DNA of 64,000 bases from an uncultured Planctomycetota bacterium (GTDB lineage Bacteria; Planctomycetota; Planctomycetia; Isosphaerales; Isosphaeraceae): contig CAVTTN010000002.1 of assembly GCA_963737655.1 (NCBI GenBank), positions 7,488,001 to 7,552,000 on the forward strand, given 5' to 3'. Below the pieces are notes generated by a model, which had not been told where the DNA came from, ran no database searches, and saw nothing but the letters and a program-made list of their open reading frames with translations. Shown in pieces: positions 50,443-61,257 of this stretch. The position numbers and the translations under genes are program-made. Position 1 is the first letter of the stretch; every line of letters begins with the position of its first letter.

Positions 50443-50541
50443 CCTCGCAGGGTCCGCTCTTGCGGACAATTTCCAATTCCCTCGACGATTTCGCCCCAAT
50501 CGAAGAGGTCCGCAAGAGCAGACCCCACGGAGGCCGCTTCG

Positions 50542-51207
50542 CTACATGGCTTCCTTGATCCCCGAGTTCACGAGCCACCAGTTCGCCGGGTAGCTCGTGG
50601 CGAACCCGACGATCATCGCCAGTTGCATCAGGAACCAGTACGTGACGGTGTTCGGCTCGGGCGGGACTTCGAAGAACACCAGCCGGTTCAGGGCCATGAA
50701 GCCGAACATCCCGACCTCGAACGCCACGAGCGAGATCGTGTCGGCCTTGATCGCCGCCCAGATCCCTTCGCCCACCCCGAGCTTGCGCATCGGGGCGATC
50801 GTGAAGAACTGGAAGAGGACGCCGATCAGGTACGCCAGGGTGAAATCGCCGAGGTAGGCGGTCAGGAGCTTCGAGCCGAACAAGGTGACTCCCGACAGGA
50901 AGATCGCGGTCTCGGCGATCGTGTCGCCCAGGGTGCAGCCGGCCCCGCAATGGCTCGTGGCGACGAACACCGTCTGCCAGAACGGCTTTTTGGGCGCGTC
51001 GCCTTCCGTCGCCTTCGGCCGTCCCATCACCCAGTACGCCCACAGCCCGACCGGCCCGAAGTAGAGGCCCGTGATCGGCCAGACCACGTTCATGATCGCC
51101 ATCGGCCGGCGATGGCCGGCGAGCAGATCGCCCAGGATCACCAGGGAACAGACCACCGAGAGGCCCACGAACCCGTAAGCCACGATCCTCAACCAGTCCG
51201 GCGGCAT
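50542..51207 (-). CDS. DUF4396 family membrane protein
   Basis: IMNVVWPIT, SHCGAGCTLGD, AFEVGM, FLMQLAMIVGFATSYPANWWLV..GIKEAM. Confidence 0.85.
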   Translation of the reverse strand: MPPDWLRIVAYGFVGLSVVCSLVILGDLLAGHRRPMAIMNVVWPITGLYFGPVGLWAYWVMGRPKATEGDAPKKPFWQTVFVATSHCGAGCTLGDTIAETAIFLSGVTLFGSKLLTAYLGDFTLAYLIGVLFQFFTIAPMRKLGVGEGIWAAIKADTISLVAFEVGMFGFMALNRLVFFEVPPEPNTVTYWFLMQLAMIVGFATSYPANWWLVNSGIKEAM

Positions 51208-51365
51208 GGCGGTCGGCCTTTCTCTCGAAGTCGTGTTCCAAGGGCCCTGCCTGCAATCCTCACGCCGTGGGACTCGCTCGACGGCTTGACTCTCGGGGGC
51301 GGCGGATCGACGATGAACCGGTCCGGGCGCGGGGGATCGTCCTCCCGGCCCGAGGAGGCCCGCCG

Positions 51366-51746
51366 ATGCTGGGAATCGCCCTGGCTTCCGCGCTCCTGAT
51401 CCTCTTCGCGACGGCCTGGGTCGAATTCGCCTGGGTCCGGGCGCCGGCGTTCGTCGATCGATGGGCCGAGACCCACCTCTATCGGATCGTCCGTCGCCGG
51501 AGGAAGATGCTGTTCCGAGGCCCGTTCTCGTGGAAGAGCTGGGGTCTTCAAGTCGTCTTCCAAATCGAGATCGACGACGGTTCCGACCTGATCAAGGCCG
51601 GCTGGTTCCGCGTGGGAGGGTTCGGGTGGCCCTCGACCCGGCGGTTCGAGGTCCGGTGGGACGATCGATGGCCGCCGTTCGTCGGCTCCCATAGCCCGGC
51701 GACCGGGGCGGCCGTCTCGATGTGGGACCGCCAGCTCGACGGCTGA
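51366..51746 (+). CDS. Small hypothetical membrane protein
   Basis: GAGGAGG RBS; N-terminal TM helix; aromatic-rich remainder. Confidence 0.55.
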   Translation: MLGIALASALLILFATAWVEFAWVRAPAFVDRWAETHLYRIVRRRRKMLFRGPFSWKSWGLQVVFQIEIDDGSDLIKAGWFRVGGFGWPSTRRFEVRWDDRWPPFVGSHSPATGAAVSMWDRQLDG

Positions 51747-51924
51747 ACCCCTCGCGACGATCTTCGAAAGATTTCGTTGATCGCGTCCGCCCCGCGCGAT
51801 TACAATCGTCGTCATGATCCATCGGCGATCATTGAATCGTTCGGGCCGCCGGCGAATTCGACCCTCGGCCCAGGGCTCGCGAACGAACAAACGGATCGAA
51901 ATCTCCCATTTCGAGGCCCCGCTG

Positions 51925-52776
51925 ATGAGCCGGACCGCGCGATCGTGGACCTCTCTGGCGCTCCTCGCCCTCGTCCCGCCGCTGGCCCTCGCCCAGGCCC
52001 CTCCGGCCGAGAAGGCCGCCGATCCCGCCCACAACAAGTGGCTGCCGGTCCTGAAGAAGCAGGCGGAGGAATACTCGATCGTCGTCGATGCGGCCGATGG
52101 GCCGAAGACCCGGACGAAAATGGTCGCCGAGCCGTTGATGCGATGGACCCAGCCCGTCCGGGGCGGGGATGACGGCGTCCTCTGCCTCTGGACCGATCGC
52201 GGAGTGCCCGTGGTGGCCATGACCGTCTTCACCTTCCGCGCCGACACCGGCGAGCGCTGGGTCGTCCACGAGCATCAATCGCTCTCGCTCCGGCCGATGG
52301 AGGCGACCTGGCAGGGCAAGGCGATGTGGCACACCAGCGGCCCGGGGCTGACCTTCGCCCCGGTCCCCGACGCCCCGAGCCCGGCCGGTTCTCCGGCGGG
52401 GAGGCTCCGGCAGATGCAAGGCTTCCTCCGGGACGTCTCCGCCAACACGATCGACCGCAAGGGCTCGACCTGGCCGCTCCGCCCGCTCTCGAAGCCGCTC
52501 TACCGCTATGAGGGGACCGGCCCCGAGGTCCCCGACGGCGGCGTCTTCGCCCTGGTCCAGGGCAACGACCCCGAAGCGTTCGTGGTGATCGAGGCCCGAG
52601 ACGGCCAGTGGCGATTCGGCCTCGCCCGCCTCACCGACCTGGAGCTGAAAATCCGGGTCAAGGGCAAGGAGGTCTTCTCCGCCCCCTACACCACCGGCCG
52701 GGACGACGGCCCCTATCAGACGGTCGTGGCCGTCTCCAAGAATAGCGAATCCCCCGAGGACTTCACGAAGCCGTAG
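51925..52776 (+). CDS. Uncharacterised secreted protein, paralog 1 of 5
   Basis: Signal peptide; RWTQPVRGGDDG..LW, HE.QSL, PVPDAPSPA...RLRQM, PLYRY, DG.VFALVQGNDPE. Confidence 0.8.
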   Translation: MSRTARSWTSLALLALVPPLALAQAPPAEKAADPAHNKWLPVLKKQAEEYSIVVDAADGPKTRTKMVAEPLMRWTQPVRGGDDGVLCLWTDRGVPVVAMTVFTFRADTGERWVVHEHQSLSLRPMEATWQGKAMWHTSGPGLTFAPVPDAPSPAGSPAGRLRQMQGFLRDVSANTIDRKGSTWPLRPLSKPLYRYEGTGPEVPDGGVFALVQGNDPEAFVVIEARDGQWRFGLARLTDLELKIRVKGKEVFSAPYTTGRDDGPYQTVVAVSKNSESPEDFTKP

Positions 52777-52843
52777 GGAGGGCGAACCCTCTTTGCGGGA
52801 GGCCAGGGAACCCGTTCCATCGCTTCGCCAGGGGCGAAAACCG

Positions 52844-53734
52844 ATGACTCTCCCATCCGCACTGGTCCTGCTCCTCGCGATCCCCGCCCAGGCCCCCGCC
52901 CGGGACGAGGGCGCGGGAAGCTGGCTGCCGATCCTCCGCCAGCAAGCCTCGGAGTACGCGATCGTGCCGAGAGATCCGGCCATCCGGCCGCCGAAACCTC
53001 GGCCCGACCCGATCCTCCGCTGGACCCAGCCCGTCCGAGGGGGCGATGACGGCGCCGTCTTCCTCTGGGTCACCGACGACGGCCGCCCCGCCGCCGTGGC
53101 CACGATCTTCACCTATCGCGTCCCCGACACCAAGAGGACGATCCAGCACGAGGTCCACTCCTTCCTGCCCACGGGACTCGACGCCTCCTGGCGAGGTCGT
53201 CCGATGTGGAAGGCCGACGCGCCCGGCCTGTCCTTCCGGCCCGTCCCCGATGCACCCGAGCCGGCCGGGTCCGCCGCCGCCCGCCTCCGCCAGATGCAGG
53301 CCCTCGCCCGCGAGTTCTCCGGCGAAAACGTCCACGAAAAGGCCGGCAGGAACGAACTCCGCCTGATGCCCAGACCCCTCTATCGCCAGCCCTCGACCGA
53401 TGCCGACCCGAAGGACGGGGCCCTGTTCTGCCTGGCCCACGGCACCGACCCCGAAGTCTTCCTCCTGATCGAGTCGCGGAAGGGATCGGGCGGTGTACTC
53501 ACATGGCAATACGCCCTCGCCCGCTTCTCCGACCTCGCGCTCAAGGTCCGCCTGAAGGGCCAGGAGGTCTGGAGCGTCGGGCCCGGCCAGTGGCAGCGCC
53601 GCGACGGCATCCACGCCTACTACATCGCCGAGATGGTCGATGCCGACACGCCCGAGGAGTACCGCAAGGCCGAAAAGACGGACGGAGACGGCCCGGCGCT
53701 CCCGGTCCGCCCGGGTTCCGAAGAATTTCGTTGA
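52844..53734 (+). CDS. Uncharacterised secreted protein, paralog 2 of 5
   Basis: Signal peptide; RWTQPVRGGDDGAVFLW, HEVHS, RLRQM, DGALF..GTDPEVFL, WQYALAR. Confidence 0.8.
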   Translation: MTLPSALVLLLAIPAQAPARDEGAGSWLPILRQQASEYAIVPRDPAIRPPKPRPDPILRWTQPVRGGDDGAVFLWVTDDGRPAAVATIFTYRVPDTKRTIQHEVHSFLPTGLDASWRGRPMWKADAPGLSFRPVPDAPEPAGSAAARLRQMQALAREFSGENVHEKAGRNELRLMPRPLYRQPSTDADPKDGALFCLAHGTDPEVFLLIESRKGSGGVLTWQYALARFSDLALKVRLKGQEVWSVGPGQWQRRDGIHAYYIAEMVDADTPEEYRKAEKTDGDGPALPVRPGSEEFR

Positions 53735-53760
53735 CAACGCCCGGGGCTCGGCGATATTTG
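53731..53760 (+). promoter_or_regulatory. Possible internal sigma70 promoter
   Basis: TTGACA at 53731 followed 17-18 bp later by ATATTTG. Confidence 0.3.
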
Positions 53761-53801
53761 TAGTCACACGAGGCATCTCGTCACCCTCGCGGGAGGTCCC
53801 C

Positions 53802-54758
53802 ATGCTCGGCGGAAAAGCCCCGGCGATGGCCATCCTCGCCGCCCTGGCCGCCTTCACCCCGCCCGACGATCCGCGGCCCGAGGCCGGGGTCCCGGTCCGC
53901 CGGGCCCTGGTCCTCTGCGGCCTCCCGGGCGACGAGGAACATCGCGAACACTACGGCGCGGCCGTCGAAAAGATCGCCAAGGCGCTCGTCGATCGTTGCG
54001 GGTTCGCCTCCGAGAACGTCTGGGTCCGGTTCGGCGTCGCCGCCAGGGACGGCGACGGCCCGGCGATCCGAACCGGCCGCGGCCTGTCGACTCGCGAGGG
54101 GCTCGCGGCCGACGCCGAGGCCCTTCGCAAGGCGTCCCGGCCGGGGGACGCCCTCTGGGTCATCGTCCTCGGCCACGGGCACTTCGACGGCCGGACCGCG
54201 CACCTCAACTTGCCGGGGCCCGACGTCTCGGCCCTCGAATTCGCGAAGCTGTTCGAGGACATCCCCGCGACGGAACAGGTCTTCTTCCTGACCACCTCGT
54301 CGAGCGGGTACTTCCTCAAACCGCTGTCGAAGAAGGGTCGGGTCGGGATCTCGGCCACCGAGGCCGACCTGGAAGTCAACGAGACCCGATTCGGCGCCGC
54401 CCTGGCCGACGTCCTGGCCGAGCCACCGCCCGAGGCGGATCGCGACCGGGATGGCACGATTTCCGTCTTCGAACTCTACCTCGCGGCCGTCTCCGAGGTC
54501 ATGAAGCGATTCGCCGACGACGAGCTGATCGCCACCGAGCACGCCCAGATCGACGACAACGGCGACGGCCACGGCAGCGAAATCCAGCTCCTCTTCCTCC
54601 CGCCGGACCCCGGCGGCGAGAGGCCCGATCCGAAGCCCAAGGACCCGGCGAAGACCGTCGCGAAGAAGGCGCCCGCACTCGGCCCGACCGACGACGGGGC
54701 CCTGGCCGCGAAGCTCCGGGTCAGCCAGGCGAAACCCCCGGCCGGAGGCTCCCAATGA
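53802..54758 (+). CDS. Secreted caspase/C13-fold-like protein with EF-hand-like motifs
   Basis: ALVLCGLPGD, LWVIVLGHG, FFLTTSSSG, ISAT, DRDRDGTISVFE, DDNGDG. Confidence 0.65.
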   Translation: MLGGKAPAMAILAALAAFTPPDDPRPEAGVPVRRALVLCGLPGDEEHREHYGAAVEKIAKALVDRCGFASENVWVRFGVAARDGDGPAIRTGRGLSTREGLAADAEALRKASRPGDALWVIVLGHGHFDGRTAHLNLPGPDVSALEFAKLFEDIPATEQVFFLTTSSSGYFLKPLSKKGRVGISATEADLEVNETRFGAALADVLAEPPPEADRDRDGTISVFELYLAAVSEVMKRFADDELIATEHAQIDDNGDGHGSEIQLLFLPPDPGGERPDPKPKDPAKTVAKKAPALGPTDDGALAAKLRVSQAKPPAGGSQ

Positions 54759-55552
54759 GGCTCGCCATCGCCCTGATCCTGGCCCTCCCCGCCCTCGACG
54801 ACGTGGCCGGCGAGCGTCAGACGCCCGCCGAGCGGCTGGTGTCTCTCAAGAGTACGATGAAGTCTTATGAATTGACGCTCCGTCGGGACGACGCGCCCGG
54901 GAGCCTGGGAGTCCAGGAGGAGCCGGCCTTCCGAGTGGGCCGTCAGCGAGGCAACTTCGTCGATGGCGCGATCTTCCTCTGGCTCGACGACGTCGGCCGG
55001 CCCGAGGCCGCGATGGAAGCGTTCCTCCTCAGCGAGCCGGACGTTCCCAACGGCAAGTGGATTCACGAGTTCACGTCGCTCGCCACCGGGCCGATCGAGG
55101 CGACGATCGGCGGCAAGACGCGATGGTCGCCGACCGTCCCGGGCCTGGAATTCCGGGCCGTCCCCGGGGCGCCGAAGCCCGCGAACACCCCCGCCGCCCG
55201 GCTCCGCCAGATGCGCGCGATCGCCGACGAGTTCAAGGCGGACGACGATTTCGGGGGCTCGGGCTGGCTCTCCCTGCGGATGCTCACCACGCCGATCGCC
55301 CGCTTCGGCAAGACCGGGGCGGAGCCGGAAGACGGCGCCCTCTTCGCCCTCGTCGATGGGACCGACCCCGAGGTCTTCCTCTTCGTCGAGGCCCGCAAAG
55401 GCAAGGAAGGGCCAGAATGGCAATATGCTCTCGCCTCGATGGGTTGCTGGGCCGTGAAGGTCCGTCGCGACGGCAAGCCCGTCTGGGAGCTTCCGAGGCG
55501 CTCCACCGGCGATCCCTCGAAGCCTCTGTACAACTACCCCTTCTGGCCCTGA
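54755..55552 (+). CDS. Uncharacterised secreted protein, paralog 3 of 5
   Basis: ATGA overlap; EPAFR, DGAIFLW, HEFTSL, RLRQM, DGALFALVDGTDPEVFL, WQYA. Confidence 0.8.
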   Translation: MRLAIALILALPALDDVAGERQTPAERLVSLKSTMKSYELTLRRDDAPGSLGVQEEPAFRVGRQRGNFVDGAIFLWLDDVGRPEAAMEAFLLSEPDVPNGKWIHEFTSLATGPIEATIGGKTRWSPTVPGLEFRAVPGAPKPANTPAARLRQMRAIADEFKADDDFGGSGWLSLRMLTTPIARFGKTGAEPEDGALFALVDGTDPEVFLFVEARKGKEGPEWQYALASMGCWAVKVRRDGKPVWELPRRSTGDPSKPLYNYPFWP

Positions 55553-55598
55553 ACCGTCGCAACCCGACCCATTTCGGAGGCGGCACCGCCGGACTTCG

Positions 55599-56393
55599 AT
55601 GAGCGTCCTGCCCTCGTCCGCGATCCTGATCGCCGTGCTCGCCCAGGCGGCCCCCTCGCCCCGCGACGAGGCCGCCGAACGCCTGAAATTCATGAAAGAT
55701 TCGGTGGCCGTCTACGAATTCACGAGAGAATCCGGCCCGCTGAAGCTCGTCAGCGAGCCGGCGTTCCGCCTCGGCAATCAGGGCAACGGCGTCCTCGAAG
55801 GCGCCATCTTCCTCTGGACCGACCCGAAGACGGACCGACCCGGGGCCGCCGCCCAGGTGTTCCTCCACCGGAATGACCTCCAGCCCGAAGGTCGATGGCT
55901 TCACGAGTTCACGTCGCTTTCCACCGACCCGTTCGTCGCCGCCCGGGGCCGGTCCGAGCCGTGGAAGCCGGAGGGGCCGGGCGTGGTCTTCAAGCCCGTC
56001 CCCGGCGCGCCCGCCCCGGCCGCGACGCCCGCCGCCCGGCTCCGCCAGATGAGGGCCCTGGCCCAAAGCTTCAAGGCCGTGGACGACTTCGGCAATCACG
56101 GCACCTTCGAGCCGCTCCGCCTCCTCACCACGCCCGTGGCCCGCTACGGCAAGCCCGGGGTCGTGCCCGAGGACGGCGCCCTCTTCGCCTTCGTCCAGGG
56201 GACCGACCCCGAGGTCTTCCTCTTCCTCGAGCTGCGTAAGGGGAAGGATGGGCTGGAGTGGCAATATGCGTGCGCTCCCATGTCTTGCTGGCCCCTGAAG
56301 GTCTCGCGGGACAACGCCGTCGTCTGGGACGTCCCCTTGAGGTCGTCCGAGGACCCGAGCAAGCCGTTCTTCTGCCTGACCTACGTCCCCTGA
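55599..56393 (+). CDS. Uncharacterised secreted protein, paralog 4 of 5
   Basis: EPAFR, EGAIFLW, HEFTSL, RLRQM, DGALFAFVQGTDPEVFL, WQYA. Confidence 0.8.
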   Translation: MSVLPSSAILIAVLAQAAPSPRDEAAERLKFMKDSVAVYEFTRESGPLKLVSEPAFRLGNQGNGVLEGAIFLWTDPKTDRPGAAAQVFLHRNDLQPEGRWLHEFTSLSTDPFVAARGRSEPWKPEGPGVVFKPVPGAPAPAATPAARLRQMRALAQSFKAVDDFGNHGTFEPLRLLTTPVARYGKPGVVPEDGALFAFVQGTDPEVFLFLELRKGKDGLEWQYACAPMSCWPLKVSRDNAVVWDVPLRSSEDPSKPFFCLTYVP

Positions 56394-56430
56394 TCGCCCC
56401 CGATCGTCTCCGCCCGAGCGAGGCCCCGCG

Positions 56431-57465
<1,035 letters not shown>

Positions 57466-57472
57466 ACCGGCC

Positions 57473-58369
57473 ATGCCGTTCGACGATCGCGAGCTGATCG
57501 ACCCGGCGTTCTTCTCCCGACTCGACTCGCTGGAGCTCCGCGCCCGCTCGATCGTCGAGGGGGCGATGCACGGCCTCCACCGCAGCCCGTATCTCGGGAT
57601 GAGCGTCGAATTCTCCAGCCACCGCGAGTACGCCCCCGGCGACGACCTCCGCCACCTGAACTGGAAGCTCTACGCCCGCCACGACCGCCTGTACATCAAG
57701 GAATATGACGCCGACACGAACCTGAACCTCTACTTGATGGTCGATATCAGCGCCTCGATGGGCTGCGCCCACGCCGGGATGAGCAAGCTCCAGTACGCGG
57801 CGACCCTCGCGGCGGCCCTCGCCCACCTCGCCCTCTCGCAGAGGGACGCCGTGGGCCTGACCCTCTTCGCCGATTCCGTCGTCGCCCACCTCGCCCCGAA
57901 AGCGAAGGCCCATCAGTTCGACGAGATCCTGGCCACGATCGCCTCGGCCCCTCTGCGCCAGGCCACCGGCACCGAAAAGGCGCTCCACCAGGCCGCCGGG
58001 CTGGCCAGGCGTCGCGGGCTGGTCGTCGTCCTCAGCGACCTCTTCGGCGACCCCGAGGCGATCGGCGGCGGGCTGGACCATCTCCGCTACCTGAATCACG
58101 AGGTGATCGTCTTCCACGTCCTCGACCCGATCGAGCGCGGCCTCGCCCTCGACGGCCTGATCCGCTTCCGGGACCTGGAGACCGGCGAGACGATCACCAC
58201 CCAGGCCGAGGGCGTCCGCGACGCCTACCGCAAGGCCGTGGACGACTGGAGCCAGGCCCTCGAGATCGAGTGTCGCAAGAGGGCCATCGAGCGCGTCGAG
58301 CTCCTGACCACCGACCCGCCCGACCGGGCCATCCTCGACTACCTGGCGAAACGCGCGGCGACCCTCTGA
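57473..58369 (+). CDS. DUF58 domain protein (VWA-like MoxR partner)
   Basis: GLHRS..G.SVEFS.HREY.PGDDLR.LNWK, DISASM, VVLSDLF. Confidence 0.93.
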   Translation: MPFDDRELIDPAFFSRLDSLELRARSIVEGAMHGLHRSPYLGMSVEFSSHREYAPGDDLRHLNWKLYARHDRLYIKEYDADTNLNLYLMVDISASMGCAHAGMSKLQYAATLAAALAHLALSQRDAVGLTLFADSVVAHLAPKAKAHQFDEILATIASAPLRQATGTEKALHQAAGLARRRGLVVVLSDLFGDPEAIGGGLDHLRYLNHEVIVFHVLDPIERGLALDGLIRFRDLETGETITTQAEGVRDAYRKAVDDWSQALEIECRKRAIERVELLTTDPPDRAILDYLAKRAATL

Positions 58370-58403
58370 TCGGATCGAGACTCGATATTTCGGAGCGAAA
58401 CCC

Positions 58404-59233
58404 TTGCGCAAGAGACCGACGATCCGATTCGCCCCGCTCCTGCTGCTCGTCCTCTCCGGGGCCGACGATCCGAAGCCGCCGAGGGCGAAGCTCATGCGCG
58501 CGATGGCCGGCGAAATCGAAGTCGCGTCCGCGGACCTCGCGACGAAATATCCGATGATCGGCGAGCCGATCTATCGGTTCGACGACCCGACTCGCAGCTT
58601 CTCCGACGGAACCGTCTGGGCCTTCGGCCCGAAGGACGGCCGACCGGAGGCGCTGCTCACGCTCTCCCTGGAGGGCGAATCGGGCGGCCTCTGGCACTGG
58701 ATCTACGAGTTCACGTCGCTCTCCTCAAGCAAGGTCTGCGCGACCGGTCCCGCCGATATCCGCTATTTGCCGTGGGTGCCGGACGAGCCGGGATCCGCCT
58801 CAAACCGTTCCCGAAGGCCGATCCTCCCGCTTCGGACGCGCCGAAACGGCTCCGCCAGATGCGCGAGCTCGCCCGCCGGTTCCGCTCCGACGAGACGTTC
58901 GAGCCCAAGCCCGGGCTCAAGCCCGAGCGCTACGAATTGCGCCTTTTGAGCCAGCCGGTGCTGCGGTATTCCGACCCCAGGAACGGCCTGATCGACGGGG
59001 CGATCTTCCTCATGGCCTACGGCCAGAACGCCGAGATCGTCCTGGTGATCGAGGCGAGGCGCGAGGGCGAACTCGCGCCGGCCTGGTCGTTCGGGGTCGA
59101 GCGGATCTCGGCGGCCGAGTCCCGGGTCAGGCTCGATGAGGCGGTCGTCGTCGAGTTCCCGAGAATCCGCGATAATGTGATGACGCGAACCTATGCGGGC
59201 TTCAGCCGGCCGAGCCCGGCCGGGAAGGAGTGA
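58404..59233 (+). CDS. Uncharacterised secreted protein, paralog 5 of 5 (frameshift at ~58790)
   Basis: PIYRFDDPTR..DGTVW, YEFTSLS; then KRLRQMRELARRF, ELRLLSQPVLRY, DGAIF...GQNAEIVLVIEAR. Confidence 0.75.
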
Positions 59234-59239
59234 CGCCCG

Positions 59240-61186
59240 ATGAGCTTCGTCCAGGGGGGGATGCTCGCGGCCCTGGCCGCGCTGGCGATCCCGATCCTGA
59301 TCCATCTCCTGTTCCGTCGCAAGGCCCGGCCCGTGGACCTGGGCACCCTCCAGTTCCTCAAGGTCGTCCTCCGCGACACGACCCGGCGCCGGAGGCTCAA
59401 GCGGTACGTCCTGCTCGCGATGAGGCTCGCGGCGGTCGCCCTGATCGCGCTGCTCTTCGCCCGTCCCTACCTGCTCGCCCACGAGCCATCCGAGGGGAGC
59501 CGCCTCGTGGTCGTCCTCGTCGATCGATCGGCCAGCATGGGGCTGAAGGGCGGCACGTCCCCCTCCGATCGCGCGGCCAGGGAACTCCGCGAGATCGTCG
59601 CGAGATCGGGAAAAGGCACGCAACTCGAACTGGCCGCGTTCGATCGCGCCATCTCGCCGATCGCGAAGCCCTCCGACCCTGCGACGGACGCCCTGAAGCC
59701 CGGATCAGCCGGGACCGACTACGCGCCCGCGATGGCCTGGGCCCGCGACGTGAGCATTCGATCGCGCGCGAAATCCAGGGAGTTGTACATCCTCACGGAT
59801 TTGCAACGATCGGGCCTCGACCGGGGCGAATCGGTGGCGATGCCGGGCGACCTGGACGTGCATCTCACCGACTTCGGCCGTCTATACCCGAAGAACCTCG
59901 CCGTGGTCGCCGTCTCGCTCTCGTCGCCGACGATCCGCCCCCGCGACTCGACGACCGTCTCCGCCACCGTCCGCAACGCATCGCCGATGCCCGTCGAGAA
60001 GGTCTCCGTGAGGCTCCATCTCGAATGCCCCGGCAACGAGCCGATCGACCGCGAACGGGCCGTGGACGTGGACGGCAACGGCTCGGCGGTCCTCGCATTC
60101 CCGCTCACCGACCTGGACGCGGGTTTGTGGCGAGGACATGTCGAAATCGGCACGAGCGATGATCTTCCGATCGACGATCGCCGCTATTTCGCCATGCCCG
60201 TGTCACGGCCCGCGAGGGTCCTCCTGATCGACGGCGACCCCGGCGCCTCGCCCATCGAGTCGGAAACCTTCTTCCTCCGCGCCGCCCTCCGGCTCGCCCC
60301 CGAGGGCGAAACGTATGCGAAATCGCCATTCTTGACGACAACCATCGCTGCGCAGTCACCGCTGCCCGAACTCGATCCGATCGCCGTCGTGGTCCTCGCG
60401 AACGTCGGCGATCTTCCCGCAGATCGTGCGCGACAACTCGCCGAATTCGTGGCGAGGGGAGGTGGACTCGTCGTCTTCACCGGCGACCGAGTGACGGCCG
60501 AATCGGCCCGATCCTGGATCGACGCGGGCCTCGGCGTCGGACGAGTCCTCGGGGCGGAACACGCGGCCGATCGGCCGTTCCGCCTCGAATCGTGGGATGA
60601 TTCGCACCCGATCTTCCGGCCGTTCGCCGACCCCGAATCCGGAGACCTCCGCCGCCCGACGTTCCTGGCGATTACGAAGGTCGACCCCGAGCCATCGAGC
60701 CGAGTCCTCGCGCGATTCCGGGGCGGCGCCCCGGCCCTGATCGAGCGATCGGTCGGGAAAGGGCGCATCGAAATGTTCGCATCGGCCTGCGATCACGCCT
60801 GGGGCGATTGGCCCCGAGGGCGGATGTTCTTGCCCATGGTCCACCAGATCGTCGCGCAGGCGGCCGGACTGGCCGACGGCGGCCCGACTCGCGAGGCGAT
60901 GGCCGGATCGAAGGAGATTCCCGGGATTTTCGAGGAAAACGGCCGCCTGCGCGTCGTGAACGTCGATCCGTCCGAGTCGGAGCTGGCTCGGTGTTCCTCG
61001 GCCGAGTTCGCGGCGAAATTCGGGTTGCGGCTCGCCAACGCGAACCCCAGGGTCGAGGCGCCCAGGGCGGTCCGATCGCGGGCCGACGACCGCCTACGGC
61101 CCGACGAGCTCTGGCCGTGGATCGCCCTGGGACTCATCGGCCTGTTGATGCTCGAAAGCCTGCTCGCCAATCGGACGTCCGCATAA
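59240..61186 (+). CDS. BatA N-terminal plus VWA domain membrane protein
   Basis: LAIPILIHLL...LQFL (BatA), DRSASM MIDAS, GTD, ILTDLQ, GATase-like GGGLVVFTG, C-terminal TM LWPWIAL...LESLLA. Confidence 0.88.
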   Translation: MSFVQGGMLAALAALAIPILIHLLFRRKARPVDLGTLQFLKVVLRDTTRRRRLKRYVLLAMRLAAVALIALLFARPYLLAHEPSEGSRLVVVLVDRSASMGLKGGTSPSDRAARELREIVARSGKGTQLELAAFDRAISPIAKPSDPATDALKPGSAGTDYAPAMAWARDVSIRSRAKSRELYILTDLQRSGLDRGESVAMPGDLDVHLTDFGRLYPKNLAVVAVSLSSPTIRPRDSTTVSATVRNASPMPVEKVSVRLHLECPGNEPIDRERAVDVDGNGSAVLAFPLTDLDAGLWRGHVEIGTSDDLPIDDRRYFAMPVSRPARVLLIDGDPGASPIESETFFLRAALRLAPEGETYAKSPFLTTTIAAQSPLPELDPIAVVVLANVGDLPADRARQLAEFVARGGGLVVFTGDRVTAESARSWIDAGLGVGRVLGAEHAADRPFRLESWDDSHPIFRPFADPESGDLRRPTFLAITKVDPEPSSRVLARFRGGAPALIERSVGKGRIEMFASACDHAWGDWPRGRMFLPMVHQIVAQAAGLADGGPTREAMAGSKEIPGIFEENGRLRVVNVDPSESELARCSSAEFAAKFGLRLANANPRVEAPRAVRSRADDRLRPDELWPWIALGLIGLLMLESLLANRTSA

Positions 61187-61257
61187 AAGGACATGAGCGA
61201 ACCGGAACGCCTCTCCGTCGAGGGGCGCAGACCCACTCCTCCTCGAAAGGACCGCCC

